A DNA stretch of 64,000 bases from Felis catus (GCF_018350175.1 NC_058368.1:162380001-162444000), one strand, 5' to 3'. Counted from the stretch's first letter, positions 39,797 to 53,705 are shown. Program-made: numbers and translations. The notes: a model not told the origin generated them from the letters alone.

Positions 39797-40847
39797 TGGA
39801 TTCATTGTTTGTAGAATAGGCTATAAAGAGAAAACAATTTCAAAGTTACAAAGCTTTATCTTTATTTTTACTCTCTATGTTTAACTATGTGGAAGAGAAT
39901 CCCTTCACAATATCTTCCAGCACTAAGCACATTGACTAGCCCTGTGGTTCCAAGCCTTCTGGGTCTCATTCCATGGTGTGTCATACTTGGGACCACAAAA
40001 TCCAACTTCTACAGCAAACACATGTGGAGGAACAAAGAGGAGAATGAAGAGGGGGAGGCAGAAGCTGAAGCAAAAAAGAGAGAGAGAGAGAGAGAAAACT
40101 CCAGCCTGCATGATTACAAATCAATGCAAATCACAGCAACAAGGCAAATCTCCCAAACATGATGGTTGTATGTCTGACACCCCTATTCCTGTCCTCTCTT
40201 CATATTAGTGTAGATAATCACACAGCAAGAACGTTTCTTAGATTAATTATAAAACCATTATTGTTTACTATTTTGTTTCATTCTCTATGTGTACCACATT
40301 GGGCTCGAGAAGATAAGTAATACACATTTTATTCTGCTTTTTCCATTTACATCATAATCTCAAAGCACTGATTCTCATAGATGACCTTTTTTCCCTTCTC
40401 TAGAATTCACTGGTACATGTTTATTCACATAAATCTTCTCCCATCCAAACATGGAGCTTGGACTCTCTATTTCTCCTAATACAATCTAGATGAGCATCTT
40501 TTGCTATTAGTTTATGAATATAACAAAATAAGTTTAATATTTAGGGTATCTCAATATCTCTTAGAAAAGATATGTCATTTTTAATATTGTTTTTAGATCT
40601 GTGGCTTTCTCATCCAATCACTTTTTTTTAAATATTAAATTTATTGACAAATTTGTTTCCATACAACACCCAGTGCTCATCCCAAAAGGTGCCCTCCTCA
40701 ATACCCATCACCTACCTTACCCTCCCTCTGACCCCCCATCAACCCTCAGTTTGTTCTCAGTTTTTAAGAGTCTCTTATGCTTTTCCTCCCTCCCTCTCTA
40801 ACCTCTTTTTTTTTCTTCCCCTTCCCCACGGACTTCTGTTAAGTTTC

Positions 40848-43800
40848 TCAGGATCCACATAAGAGTGAAAACATATGGTATCTGTCTTTTTCTGCATGAT
40901 TTATTTCACTTAGCATAACACTCTCCAGTTCCATCCACGTTGCTACAAAGGGCCATATTTCATTCTTTCTCATGGCCACACAGTATTCCATTGTGTATAT
41001 AAACCACAATTTTTTTATCCATTCATCAGTTGATGGACATTTAGGCTCTTTCCATAATTTGGCTATTGCTGAGAGTGCTGCTATAAACATTGGGGTACAA
41101 GTGCCCCTATGTATCAGCACTCCTGTATCCCTTGGGCAAATTCCTAGCAGTGCTATTGCTGGGTCATAGGGTAGGTCTATTTTTAATTTTTTGAGGAACC
41201 TCCACACTGTTTTCCAGAGAAGCTGCACCAGTTTGCATTCCCACCAACAGTGAAAGAGGGTTCATCTACAGTCTCCTGATTTGTTCATTTTAGCCACTCT
41301 TACTGGCGTGAAGTGATATCTGAGTGTGGTTTTGATTTGTATTTCCCTGATGAGGAGCGATGAGCATCTTTTCATGTGCCTGTTGGCCATCCGGATGTCT
41401 TCTTTAGAGAAGTGTCTATTCATGTTTTCTGCCCATTTCTTCACTGGGTTATTTGTTTTTCGGGTGTGAGGTTGGTGAGCTCTTTATAGATTTTGGATAC
41501 TAGCCCTTTATCCGATATGTCATTTGCAAATATCTTTTCCCATTATGTTGGTTGCCTTTTTAGTTTTTTTGATTGTTTCCTTTGCTGTGCAGAAGCTTTT
41601 TATCTTCATGAGGTCCCAGTAGTTCATTTTTGCTTTTAATTCCCTTGCCCTTGGGGATGTGTCAAGTATGAAATTGCTGCAGCTGAGGTCAGAGAGGTTT
41701 TTTTCCTGCTTTCTCCTCTCAGGTTTTGATGGTTTCCTGTCTCACATTCAGATCCTTTATCCATTTTGAGTTTTTTTTGTGTGAATGGTGTGAGAAAGTG
41801 GTCTAGTTTCATCCTTTTGCATGTTGCTGTCCAGTTCTCCCAGCACCATTTGTTAAAGAGACTGTCTTTTTTCCATTGGACATTCTTTCCTGCTTTGTCA
41901 AAGATTAGTTGGCCATATGTTTGTGGGTCTAGTTCTGGGGTTTCTATTCTATTCCATTGGTCTATGTGTCTGTTTTTGTGCCAATACCATGCTGTCTTGA
42001 TGATTACAACTTTGTAGTAGAGGCTAAAGTCTGGTATTGTGATGCCTCCTGCCTTGGTCTTCTTCTTCAAAATTACTTTGGCTTTTTGGGTCTTTTGTGG
42101 TTCCATATGAATTTTAGGATTGTTTGTTCTAGCTTCGAGAAGAATGGTGGTGCAACTTTGATGGGGATTGCATTGAATGTGTAGATAGCTTTGGGTAGTA
42201 TTGACATTTTGACAATATTTATTCTTCCAATCCATGAGCACGGAATGTTTTTCCATTTCTTCATACCTTCTTCAATTTCTTTCCTAAGCTTTCTATACTT
42301 TTCAGCCTACATATCTTTTACATCTTTGGTTAGGTTTATTCCTAGGTATTTTATGCTCCTTGGTGCAATTGTGAATGGGATCAGTTTCTTTATTTGTCTT
42401 TCTGTTGCTTCATTATTGGTGTATAAGAATGCAACTGATTTCTGTACATTGATTTTATATCCTGCAACTTTGCTGAATTCATGTATCAGTTCTAGCAGAC
42501 TTCTGGTGGAATCTATCAGATTTTCAATGTATAATATCATGTCATCTGCAAAAAGTGAAAGCTTGACTTCATCCTGCCAATTTTGATGCCTTTGATTTCC
42601 TTTTGTTGTCTGATTTCTAGAACTTCCAACACTATGTTCAACAACAGTGGTGAGGGTGGACATCCCTGTCATGTTCCTGATCTCAGGGGGAAAGCTCTCA
42701 GTTTTTCCCCATTGAGGATGATGTTAGCTGTGGGCTTTTCATAAATGGCTTTTATGATCTTTAAGTATGTTCCTTCTATACCGAATGTCTCCAGGGTTTT
42801 TATTAAGAAAGGATGCTGAATTTTGTCAAATGCTTTTTCTGCATCGATTGACAGGATCATATGGTTCTTATCTTTTCTTTTATTGTGATGTATCACATTG
42901 ATTGATTTGCAAATGTTGAACCAGCCCTGCAGCCCAGAAATGAATCCCACTTGATCATGGTGTATAATTCTTTTTATATGCTGTTGAATTCGATTTGCTA
43001 GTATCTTATTGAGAATTTTTGCATTCATATTCATCAGGGATATTGTCCTGTAGTTCTCTTTTTTTACTGGGTCTCTCTCTGGTTTAGGAATCAAAGCAAT
43101 CCTACCTTCATAGAATGAGTCTGGAAGTTTTCCTTCCCTTTCTATTTTTTGGATTGGCTTGAGAAGGATAGGTATTATCTCTGCCTTAAATGTCTGGTAG
43201 AATTCCCCTGGGAAGCCATCTGGTCCTGGACTCTTATTTGTTCGGAGATTTTTGATAACTGATTCAATTTCTTTGCTGGTTATGGGTGTGTTCAAGTTTT
43301 CTCTTTCTTCCTGTTTGAGTTTTGGAAGTGTGTGGGTGCTTAGGGATTTGTCCATTTCTTCCAGGGTGTCCAGTTTGTTGGCATATAATTTTTCATAGTA
43401 TTCCCTGATAATTGCTTGTATCCCTGAGGGGTTGGTTGTAATAATTCCATTTTCATTCATGATTTTATCTATTTGGGTCATCTCCCTTTTCTTTTGGAGA
43501 AGCCTGGCTAGAGGTGTGTCAATTTTGTTTATTTTTTCAAAAAAAACAACTCTTGGTTTCATTGATTGTAGATTCTATATTGATTATTTCTGCTCTGATC
43601 TTTATTATTTCTCTTCTTCTGCTGGGTTTGGAGTGTCTTTGCTGTTCTGCTTCTATTTCCTTTAGGTGTGCTGTTATGTTTTGTATTTGGGATTTTTCTT
43701 GTTTCTTGAGATAGGCCTGGAATGCAAAGTATATTCTTTCCGGACTGCCTTTGCTGCATCTCAAAGCGTTTTTGGATTGTTGTATTTTCATTTTCATTTG

Positions 43801-44623
43801 TTTCCATATATTTTTTAAACTTCTTCTCTAATTGCCTGGTTGGCCCACTCATTCTTTAGTAGGGTATTCTTTAACCTCCATGCTTTTGGAGGTTTTCCAG
43901 ACTTTTTCCTGTGGTTGATTTCAAGCTTCATAGCATTGTGGTCTGCAAGTGTCCATGGTATGATCTCAATTCTTTCACATTTATTGAGGACTGTTTTGTG
44001 ACTCAGTATGTGATCTGTCTTGGAGAATGTTCCATGTGCACTCGAGAAGAAAGTATATTCTGTTGCTTTGGGATGCAGAGTTCTAGAAATATCTGTCAAG
44101 TCCATCTGATCCAATGTATCATTCAGGGCCCTTGTTTCTTTATTGATCCTGTGTCTAGATGATCTATCCATTGTTGTAAATTTAGTATTAAAGTCCCCTG
44201 CCGTTTCCACATTCTTATCAATATGGTTGCTTATGTTTGTGAGTAATTGTTCTATATATTTGGGGCTCCCGTATTCAGCGCATAGACATTTATAATTGTT
44301 AGCTCTTCCTGATGGATAGACCCTGTGTTTATTATATAATGCCCTTCTTCATCTCTTGTTACAGCCTTTAATTTAAAGCCTAGTTTGTCTGATCTAAGTA
44401 TGGCTACTCCAGGTTTCTTTTGACTTCCAGTAGCATGATAGATAGTTCTCCATCTCCTCACTTTTAATCTGAAGGTGTCCTCAGGTCTAAAATGAGTCTC
44501 TTGTAGACAGCAAATAGACGGGTCTTGTTTTTTTATCCATTCTGCTACCCTATGTCTTTTGGTTGGCACATTTAGTCCATTTATATTCAGTGTTATTATA
44601 GAAAGATATGGGTTTAGAGTCAT
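40848..44623 (-). pseudogene. ORF2: L1 ORF2p (endonuclease, RT, Cys-rich), disrupted
   Basis: [78 protein letters not shown]. Confidence 0.96.
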
Positions 44624-44673
44624 TGTAATGTCTGTAGGTTTCATGCTTGTAGTGATGTCTCTGGTACTTTGTC

Positions 44674-45563
44674 TCACAGGATCCCCCTTAGGATCTCTTG
44701 TAGGGCTGGTTTAGTGGTGATGAATTCCTTCGGTTTTTGTTTGTTTGGGAAGACCTTTATCTCTCCTTCTATTCTAAATGACAGACTTGCTGGATAAAGG
44801 ATTCTCAGCTGCATATTTTTTTGTTCATCACATTGAAGATTTCCTGCCATTCCTTTCTGGCCTGCCAAGTTTCAGTAGAGAGATCCGTCACGAGTCTTAT
44901 CAGTCTCCCTTTATATGTTAGAGCATGTTTATCTCTAGCTCTTTGCAGAATTTTCTCTTCATCCTTGTATTTTGCCAGTTTCATTATGATATGTCCTGCA
45001 GAAGATCAATTCAAGTTACGTCTGAAGGGAGTTCTCTGTGCCTGTTGGATTTCAATGTCTTTTTCCTTCCCCTAGATCAGGGAAGTTCTCAGCTATGATT
45101 TCTTCAAGTACACCTTCAGCTCATTTCTCTCTCTCTTCCTCCTCTGGAATCCCTATTATACAGATATTATTGTGTTCCATCACATCACTTAGTTCTCTAA
45201 TTCTCCCCTCATACTCCTGGATTTTTTTTTCTCTTTTTCTCAGCTTCCTCTTATTCCATAATTTTATCTTCTAATTCACCTATTCTCTCCTCTGCCTCTT
45301 CATTCCCAGCTGTGGTCACCTCCATTTTATTTTGCACCTCATTTATCACATTTTCAGCTCCTCCTGACTGTTTCTTAGTCCCTTGATCACTGTAGCAATA
45401 GATTATCTGCTGTCATCTATGCTTTTTTCAAGCCCAGTGATTAATTATATGACTATTTTTTAAATTCATGTTCCGTTATGTTGCTTAAATCGTTTTTGAT
45501 CAATATGTTAGCTGTTGCTACTTCCTGGAGTTTCTTTTGAGGAGAACTCTTCAGTTTCATCAT
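44674..45563 (-). pseudogene. ORF1: L1 ORF1p, disrupted
   Basis: ATG at 45563 homologous to 32494; C-terminus RILYPASLSFRIEGEIKVFPNKQKPKEFITTKPALQEILRGIL*. Confidence 0.93.
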
Positions 45564-47008
45564 TTTGGATAGTCTCTAGGGTGGTGCCCAACTGCAGGGC
45601 ACTTCTGCTGTGTTGTCTGGAGTAACTTGCATTGGTGGGCGGGGCAGCAGTCAGACCTGATGTCTGCCCCCAGCCCACCACTGGGGCCACAGGCAGACTG
45701 GTGTGTACCTTATCTTCCCCACTCCCAGGGGCAGGACTCACTGTGGAGTGGTGTGGCCCCTGTCTGGGCTACTTGCACACTGCCAGGCTTGTGGTGCTGC
45801 TTCTGTGGGATCTGGCATATTAGCAGGGGTGGATCCGCAAGGTGGACAGAGGTGAGAGGGGCAGAGGTGAGAGGGGACTGTCTTCCCAGTCTCAACAACT
45901 CTCCCTCTGGTTGACCTCTAGCACTCCCGTTCGTGGAGCAGAGCTATTGACTTATAACATTCCAGATGTTAAGTCCCGCTGGCTGTCAGAACTCACTCCA
46001 TCCGGCCCCTCCACTTTTGCAAGCCAGACTCGAGAGCTCTGCCTTGCTGGGTGGGCTGCCCCTCCATTGCCCTGGCTCCCTCTTGCCAATCCCTGTAGCG
46101 CGCACCGCCTCTCCGCCCTTCCTACCCACTTCCGTGGGCCTCTTGTCTCCGCTTGGTTCTGTAGAATCCATTCTGCTAGTCTTCTGGCGGTTTTCTGGGT
46201 TATTTAGGCAGATGTGGGTAGAATCTAAGTGATCAGCAGGATGCAGTGAGCCTGTCATTTGTTAATATTGAAGCATTTCTCTAGCTTCATTTTAAAGAGA
46301 AATACTAAATACCTCCACCGAAAAGAGGAAAATATTTGGTATATATACAATCTAAGGGCCCTCATTTTATCAAAATAAATTTAGGCTTTCATCAAATCCA
46401 TTAACTTATGGGAAGTCAAATTGGAAATGCCATAATCAAGTACGAATTTAAGAGAAGAAAGGTCAAGTTTCTTTAAATATGCAATTTTACCAAATAATCT
46501 TCCCAAAATTTTATCATGAACAATACACATGTACACACAAATCTTTTAGAGATTAAAAATAAATAAATAAATAAAAGAAACTATGTTAGTGTGCAGGAGA
46601 GAGAAATGAGGAAATGTTTTGAAGAAAATGTTAGTGATGGTTGCATAAGTCTGAGACAAAAAAAAGAGATATTTATATTAATATTTATTACCACAGTCTG
46701 TCTCCAGCTGGTTTATATAATATACAAACACTTCCGTGTATGTGGGACTATTATCTTCCAGCACTGTTCATTGTTCCATTCTTCTGGGAAAGACAGATCT
46801 AAAGCATTGCTTGGCTCTAATATATATAATGTGATAGCTTAGTTTTAATTCACATATGCTCAGAAATATTCACAAAAAGATCATAATGCACTTTTATCTC
46901 AAATGATAGAATGAAATTCAAGTCAAAACACATGTTTTAAAAGTATAGTTTTCTGCTTTTAATAAAATTAGTTATTTGAGTTGTTATGTTTGCTAGAATT
47001 TAATTTCT

Positions 47009-47215
47009 TTAAAAATTTTTTTTTAAATGTTTATTTATTTTTGAGAGAGAGAGCAAGCAGGGAAGGGGCAGAGAGAGAGTGAGACAGAATCTGAAGCAGG
47101 CTGCAGGCTCTGAGCAGTTAGCACAGAGCCCAATGCAGGGATTGAACCTACTAACCGTGAGATCATGACCTGAATGAATGTCAGATGCCCAAACAACTGA
47201 GCCACCCAGGAGCCC
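47009..47215 (-). mobile_element. CanSINE
   Basis: 16-bp TSD ctagaatttaatttct at 46993-47008 and 47216-47231. Confidence 0.97.
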
Positions 47216-47444
47216 CTAGAATTTAATTTCTAAAGTTTAGGCTTTCTGTTTCTAGTAGAGGAGTGACAGAAACTAAAAATCAGCCCATTTTCATTTATAC
47301 TAGCACTATGCCATCCAAATAAGATTTCATAAAATAAAAAGATAAGGTAGGGACATTTCCAGTGAAAATGGTAGGCATTAATGACACATATGGAAATTCC
47401 CTCTCCCTCTGTCTCTTTCCATTTATATATATGTTATATCACTC

Positions 47445-47890
47445 ATTTATGGTCAAGCACATGTAATACATAATTTACCATTTTAATTATTTTAAAGTAT
47501 CACATTAAATAGCCTTAATTATCTTCCCAGTGTTGTGCAACTATCACTCCTATCTAGTTTCAGAACTTTTCATTACCCCTAAGGGATACTCTGTGGCTGT
47601 TAAGCAACCACTCCCCATTCTGCCCTCTCCCAGTCTCTCACAACCACTAATTGTTTTCTGACTCTAAAGATTTATTCTACACATTTCATATAAATGGAAT
47701 CATGTAAAATGTGGCTTTGTGCCTGGTTTCTTTCATTTGGTATGATTCCAAGGTTGATGTAGGTTAAAGCATGAATCGGTACTTCATTTCTTTATGTGGC
47801 TGAATAATATTCCATTGTATCAGTACAACATAGTGTGTTTATCAGTTGATGGACATTTGGGTGGTTTCTACTTTTCTTCTGGTTGCCATA
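47445..47890 (-). mobile_element. L1MB-type 3' end
   Basis: aatttaccattttaa...gtgttgtgcaactatcac...acatttcatataaatggaatcat...gttgatggacatttggg. Confidence 0.8.
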
Positions 47891-48509
47891 AAGAGTGCCA
47901 ATATCAAACACTGAAAAAAATAATAATGGCCTTTCAGTTCTTGGTGCTTACCAAGATGGGGGAGGATTATTCAAATTAGGAGTAGGGGAATGATGCTGTA
48001 AGGCTTTGAGAACACACGAGAGAGTCTCGACATCCAAATGTTGGTGGTCCAGGAAGAATCTCAGGTGAAAAAAAATGCTTATATTTGAAAGAGAATTTAG
48101 TGAATTTTATGCAGAATGTGGAGACAGATTTGGAGTTTATATGAAAGTATGCTCGAACTCTTGGGCCACAAGACAATGGCACTTTGGGGGAATTTATGTA
48201 ATCTTAACATGAGCAAAACATCTGTGTGGGAATTACAAAAGGTAAAAGGATTAGAAACATGCAGCATGGTAAGCCGGTTTCAGAATATGGATTTTAACCT
48301 AGGAGAAAGGTATATTCTGCATTCATCTAGAAAGTAGAGCTGAAAAAGGCACAATTCACAGTGTAACAGTAAGAAAAAGCCAGATTATAATCTTCTTAAA
48401 TTCATTAAATAATTGAGGTTACAGGGACACCAAGTAAGGTAATCTCTAAGAAAAAAAATTGTCCATCCAAAATCAGATTGGATATAAGCACTGGCTCATC
48501 CAACACAAA

Positions 48510-49080
48510 ACACAGGAGGGAAAGAAGTCAATGTAGGAACTGAGGGAAACATCTTCAAATGGATAAAGTACCTGAAGCTACAGCTAATATTACACTTAAC
48601 ATTATATTTAATGGTGAAACTTATCTCTTTCCCACAAAATTTAGGACAAACACAATGATATCTGCTCTCACAGCTCCTATACATCATTGTACTGGATTTT
48701 CTATCTAGCGCTGTAAGTTAACATAAATAGAAAGCATAGAGTTTCTAGAGAAAAAAATAGAAATATCTCTATGTAAATATAAAACAGTTGTTACATGGAA
48801 AACTTTAAATAATTATCAAAAAATGCTAAAGCTAGTAAGTGAGTCCAGCAAAGCCTTTAGATAAAAAAAATAAAAATCAACTATATTTCTACAATCAAGT
48901 AAGGGGTAGTTGAAGATGAAACTAACAAAACTGTATCATATACAATAGCAGCAAAATCATGAAATACTTCCATATAAATCTAAAATAATATATTCAGCAG
49001 CTGTGTGATTAAAACTATAAAACACTGATGATAGAAATGAAAGAAAATCCTTACAAATAGAGATACACTGTGTTTATATA
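48510..49080 (+). mobile_element. Very old L1M ORF2 (RT) fragment
   Basis: Decayed acagctaatattacacttaa..ggtgaaa, aaaaatcaactatatttcta, aaaactataaaacactgatg. Confidence 0.7.
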
Positions 49081-51100
49081 TCAGAAGCAAACCAAATTCA
49101 ACAGCACTGTAGCAGTATCATATACCATGGCCAAGTGGAATTTATAACTGGGATGCAAGGATGACACAACATTTGCAAATAAATTAGTGTGAAACATTAC
49201 ACTTACAGAATGAAGGAGAAAAATCACATGATCATCCCAACAGATGCAGAAAATGTATTTGACCAATTTCAACACCCTGTCATGATTAAACCCTCAGCAA
49301 ACCAAGAAAATAAGGGAATAATCTCAACATAATAAAGGTCATGTGTGGCAAGCCCACAATTAACATCCTACTCAGTGGTAAAAAGCTAAAAACTTTTCCT
49401 CAGAGATCAGAAACAAGGCAAGGATGTCCATTCTCACCATTTTTTATTCAAAATAATACTGGAAGTCCTAGACAGAGCAGTCAGGCAAGAAAAATAAATA
49501 AAAGGTATCCGAATCAGGAAAAAAAAAGAAGGAAATTATCTCTGTTTGCAGATGACATTAATATATGTAGAAATCTAAATACTGCACTAAAAATTTTTTG
49601 GAACTAATAAACAAGTTTAGAAAAATTGCAGATTATAAAATCAACATATAAAATCAGTCACGTTTTTCTATACTAACAATTCATTACACAGAAAGGAATT
49701 TAAGAAAACAACCCTATTTACAACAGCCTGAAAAAATAAGTTACTTAGGAATAAACTTAACCAAGGAGGTGAAAGATCTGTACACTGAAAACTACCAAAT
49801 CTTGATGAAGAACAAATAAATAGAAAGACATACTGTTCTCATGGATTGGAAGACTTAATATTGTTAAAATGCCCACATTACCAAAATGATATACAGATTT
49901 AGTGAAGTCCCTATCAAAATTCCAATGGAATTTTTTACAAAAATAGGAAAAACAATACTAAAATTCATATGAGTAACCACAAAAGACCCTGAATAGCCAA
50001 AGCAATCTTGAGAAAAAAGAATAAGGCTGGAGACATTACATTTATGATTTCAAAATATATTATAAATCCACAGTATGAAATTATTATGGTCCTGGCATTT
50101 AAAAAGATATATAGACTAATGGTACAGAATAGAGAGCTCAGTAATAAATACATGCATATATAGCCCATGTATCTTTGTAAAGGATGCCAAGAATACACAA
50201 TAAGGAAAAGTCTCTACAGCAAATGGTTCTGTGGAAACTGGATATCCACATACAAAAGAATGAAATTGCACCTATATCTTGCACCATTCACAAAAATCAA
50301 CTCAAAATGGATTAGACTTAAATGTAAGACTAGAAATGGTATAACTCCTAGAAGAAACCATAGAGGAAAAGCTTTATGACATTGGTTTTGGAAATGTTTT
50401 CCTGAACATGACATCAAAAGTACAGGAAAATGGAGGCATTTGGGTAGCTCAGGTGGTTAAACTTCTGGCTTCAGCTCAGGTCATGATCTCAGACTTCATG
50501 AGTTTGAGCCCCGCATCGGGCTCTCTGCTGATAGATCAGAGCCTGGAGCCTGCTTCAGATTCTGTGTCTCCCTCTCTCTCTGCCCCTTCCCCACTTGTGC
50601 TTTGTCTTTCTCTCACTCTCTCAAAAATAAACATTAAAAATTAAAACAACAAAAAGTACAGGCAAACACAACAAACATAGACAGATGACATAACACTAAG
50701 CTAAAATGTTCCTGTACAGCAAACGGAACAATCAACAACATGAAAATGCAACCCACAGAATGGGCAAAAACATTTGTAAACCATATATCTGATAAGGAGT
50801 TAATTTCCAAAATATGTAAGTAACCCACACAAGTCATAGCAAAAATAAATAAATAAATTAATTAATTAATTAAATTAAAAAAATTATTTGATTGGAAAAT
50901 AGGTAAAGTGCTTGAATAGACTTTTCCTAAAGAAGACATACAAATGGCCAAAAGATATACAAAAATATGATAAATATCACAAATTATGAGGAAAATGCAA
51001 GTCAAAAACACAAGGATATCAACTCACACCTGTTAGAAAGGCTATAATGAAGAATACAAAAGATAACAAGTGTTGCCGAACATGTTGAGAACTTGGAAAA
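49081..51100 (+). mobile_element. Older L1 (L1MA/L1_Carn-type) ORF2 RT to C-terminus fragment
   Basis: KPTINILLSGKKLKTFPQRSETRQGCPFSP, LSLFADDI, LAPFTKINSKWI. Confidence 0.9.
50432..50650 (+). mobile_element. CanSINE nested in L1 ORF2
   Basis: TSD aaaagtacagg(a/c)aaa at ~50416-50430 and ~50652-50666. Confidence 0.96.
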
Positions 51101-53303
51101 GAAATATACAATGTATATTCCTGTCAGTTAAAATATCTCCCTGGTTTTTGCTCTGTTTAAATTCTTATTGTTCTTTCTTCTCTTAACAATGTCTTGCTTT
51201 TCTGTAGACTCTGTCCTATTCCTCACTTCCGACTGCTTTGTTTACAGAATAACCATTTCCATTTCTCAGACCCAAGAGTAAACAATTGACCCACGACTGG
51301 CTAATAATTTAATTCTTGTTAATTTATCATATTTTATAGGGATTTACCATATAACAAGCAGTTTTTGTGTAACAGGATACATTGGTATAAATAATATCAA
51401 CAAAGCCGCCAATCCCACAGACCTTACATTCAAAGGTGAAGTCTGTGTGTCTGTACTTCTAGACTTATAGTCAGGGATGGAAACATGGTTCACTTTAGGC
51501 AAATCAGGAAGGAAATCTGTTTCTCTATAAAACTATTTTATATTCTTGTTTCCAGAATTCTTGTGTAAGGGTTGAGACTGTTTTTTTTTTCCTTTTTTCC
51601 TTTTTTCATCTTTTTGCTTTATTCAGTTTGCTCCAAGGACAAAATCAGTTGTAATCAGGATCACAAACATTATTTGATTGTCTCACAGCCTGATCAGTAA
51701 AATCTGAAAAATGGAAAATGTTACCCCAGTTGCAAATAAAATACCCTTGGAGTCCACTGAGATAGAAAGTGGAAATAATTAGAACAGTACTTGTAAGCTA
51801 CTCTTTTCTAGACAATTATAGGACCCTGTTGCAAACCCTTCATACATCACTGCTGATTTCCTTTGAAAATTCTCAGCCCATACCCAGGAATTTATTTGTC
51901 AATAATGAGATCAATCAAGGGACCAATCTCAAATGAAGACTCTTTCTTATGAAACAAGACACACTGAAATAAAGACAAAATCTTAGATGTTTGGAAGCAG
52001 ATCCAGATGAGCACTGGATAAAGAAAAAATATCCTCAAATGCACATATATTTTTAAGCATAATAAAATATCAAAAATGTTTCTTTTCACTTGTGATCTTG
52101 AAATCATGTCTGGGAAATGAAAAGGGTATTCAGATATTTCTTAAGTCTCTTCCTGAGGATAGGGTTTTCCTTGAGCACGTTTCCCGCCCCCCCCCTTAGA
52201 GTCTTTTATCGTAATAAATATGATAGAAAACCACCAGATTTATCAAGGAGCACCTTTAACTGGTATAATGGAGAATGAGATTTTTGAGAAGTGGAGAATG
52301 AGGACAATTTTAATTTAGGTAATGAAAGTTTAAATTATATTGGAAGGAGGATAAGATATTTATGGTCTTATTGTCTTCAATTAAATGGTAGGCTCGAAAT
52401 GTATTATTTACTAGAGAAAGGAATATCATACAACATATAAAATATATCTGAATTAATAGGTGGGCTTCCAAAGACTGGTGAACCAGAATTATTATGTGTA
52501 GTAAATTTATTATTAAGGAGTGACAGGCAAGGTAGCATTTCTGTTGCATGACAAGATTATTATTAAAAGGTCATAGAAAAAGGAAAATAAAATAAGATTA
52601 AAAACATTTTTTTGCATAATAGGATTAAATTTTTTTTATTAGCTAGGAATATTAGAAAATAATTGCCTTAATAGTTTCATATGCAAAGCTTTAAAATAAT
52701 TCATTTTTCCTGGGCTCTGGTTCATTTTGAATGTATTTTGAAGATGCTAAAATAACAACCATTGTATTTGTTGTATCATTCCATCTCCTATCTGATATAG
52801 CTATCAGCATTAGTATCTGGTGATCTGCCATTTGAGAACATGCAGAACAAAAAGAAAATGCACTTCTATGACATTTCAAAGAGTGAAAACTATACAATTA
52901 TTTGCAGCTTTGCCAATTTTATTTTTTGTTAGAACTTATCTTCCTGTACTGAGTTAACTTTGTATTTTATTTATCTAATTAGAATTACCTGTAATTCTCA
53001 GCACTTGCAGTGCAGGGATAAGAACCTCTGCTAGGCTAAAAGTTAGTGTGTATTGAATAATGCTCAGACAAACCAGATCAATTGTGCTAACTTTATTTTT
53101 TCTTCTTCAACAGTCTTTATTCTTTTTTTTATTTCTCTTATCCTCTGCTACTTGTATTTCCTTCCCATGATGTTTGATCTAAAAAATTAGGCTTCTCATT
53201 GAAGATTGGGACAAATATGCATATTTGCACCTGCTTTCTCCAAAATGAAACAAATATGACAATAAAAAAGGAATTTTAAGCCACAAATCTACAAGGACAA
53301 AAC

Positions 53304-53306
<3 letters not shown>

Positions 53307-53347
<41 letters not shown>
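53307..53347. repeat. (CA)n microsatellite
   Basis: Read directly from the sequence. Confidence 0.98.
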
Positions 53348-53348
<1 letters not shown>

Positions 53349-53459
53349 CAATGATAGAAGAAATATTTGGAAGGTACAAAGCAAAGGCTCACAATGTGCT
53401 GGGATTGCAGACCATTGAAATAACACTAAATTAATTTCTCTGCCATGCTGGGAAAGTAG

Positions 53460-53705
53460 ACAGGGATGATGCAATGTATAAAGAGGGAAGCCATAATGTC
53501 CAAATTCAAATCCTGATTCCACTATTTGCTATTTGGGATCTTACAAAAGCTAATTTTTCTCTTCCTTTTCTCACTTTCCTGAACTGTATAGCATGAAACC
53601 AACATAGTAGTACCTACTTCCTAGGGCTTCATAGGGCTGTTTTCAGTATTAAGTTAATTAAGACTTTATACAGTGTCTGGAACATTGTTATTTCTCAAAA
53701 TGCTG
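53460..53705. mobile_element. MIR remnant
   Basis: ttcaaatcctgattccacta...gtacctacttcctagggc...acagtgtctggaacatt. Confidence 0.65.

Larger units (their letters stand above)
40622..46252 (-). mobile_element. Near-full-length decayed felid L1
   Basis: CpG-richer 5'UTR (46252-45564), ORF1, ORF2, 3'UTR and poly(A); many stops and frameshifts; candidate TSD tgtcattt(g)ttaatattg at 40573-40589 and 46253-46270. Confidence 0.97.

Noticed and set aside
50415..50666. SINE inserted at about the same ORF2 position as the 33041 deletion breakpoint
   Set aside because: Independent elements; the A-rich segment is simply a good endonuclease target, so likely coincidence.
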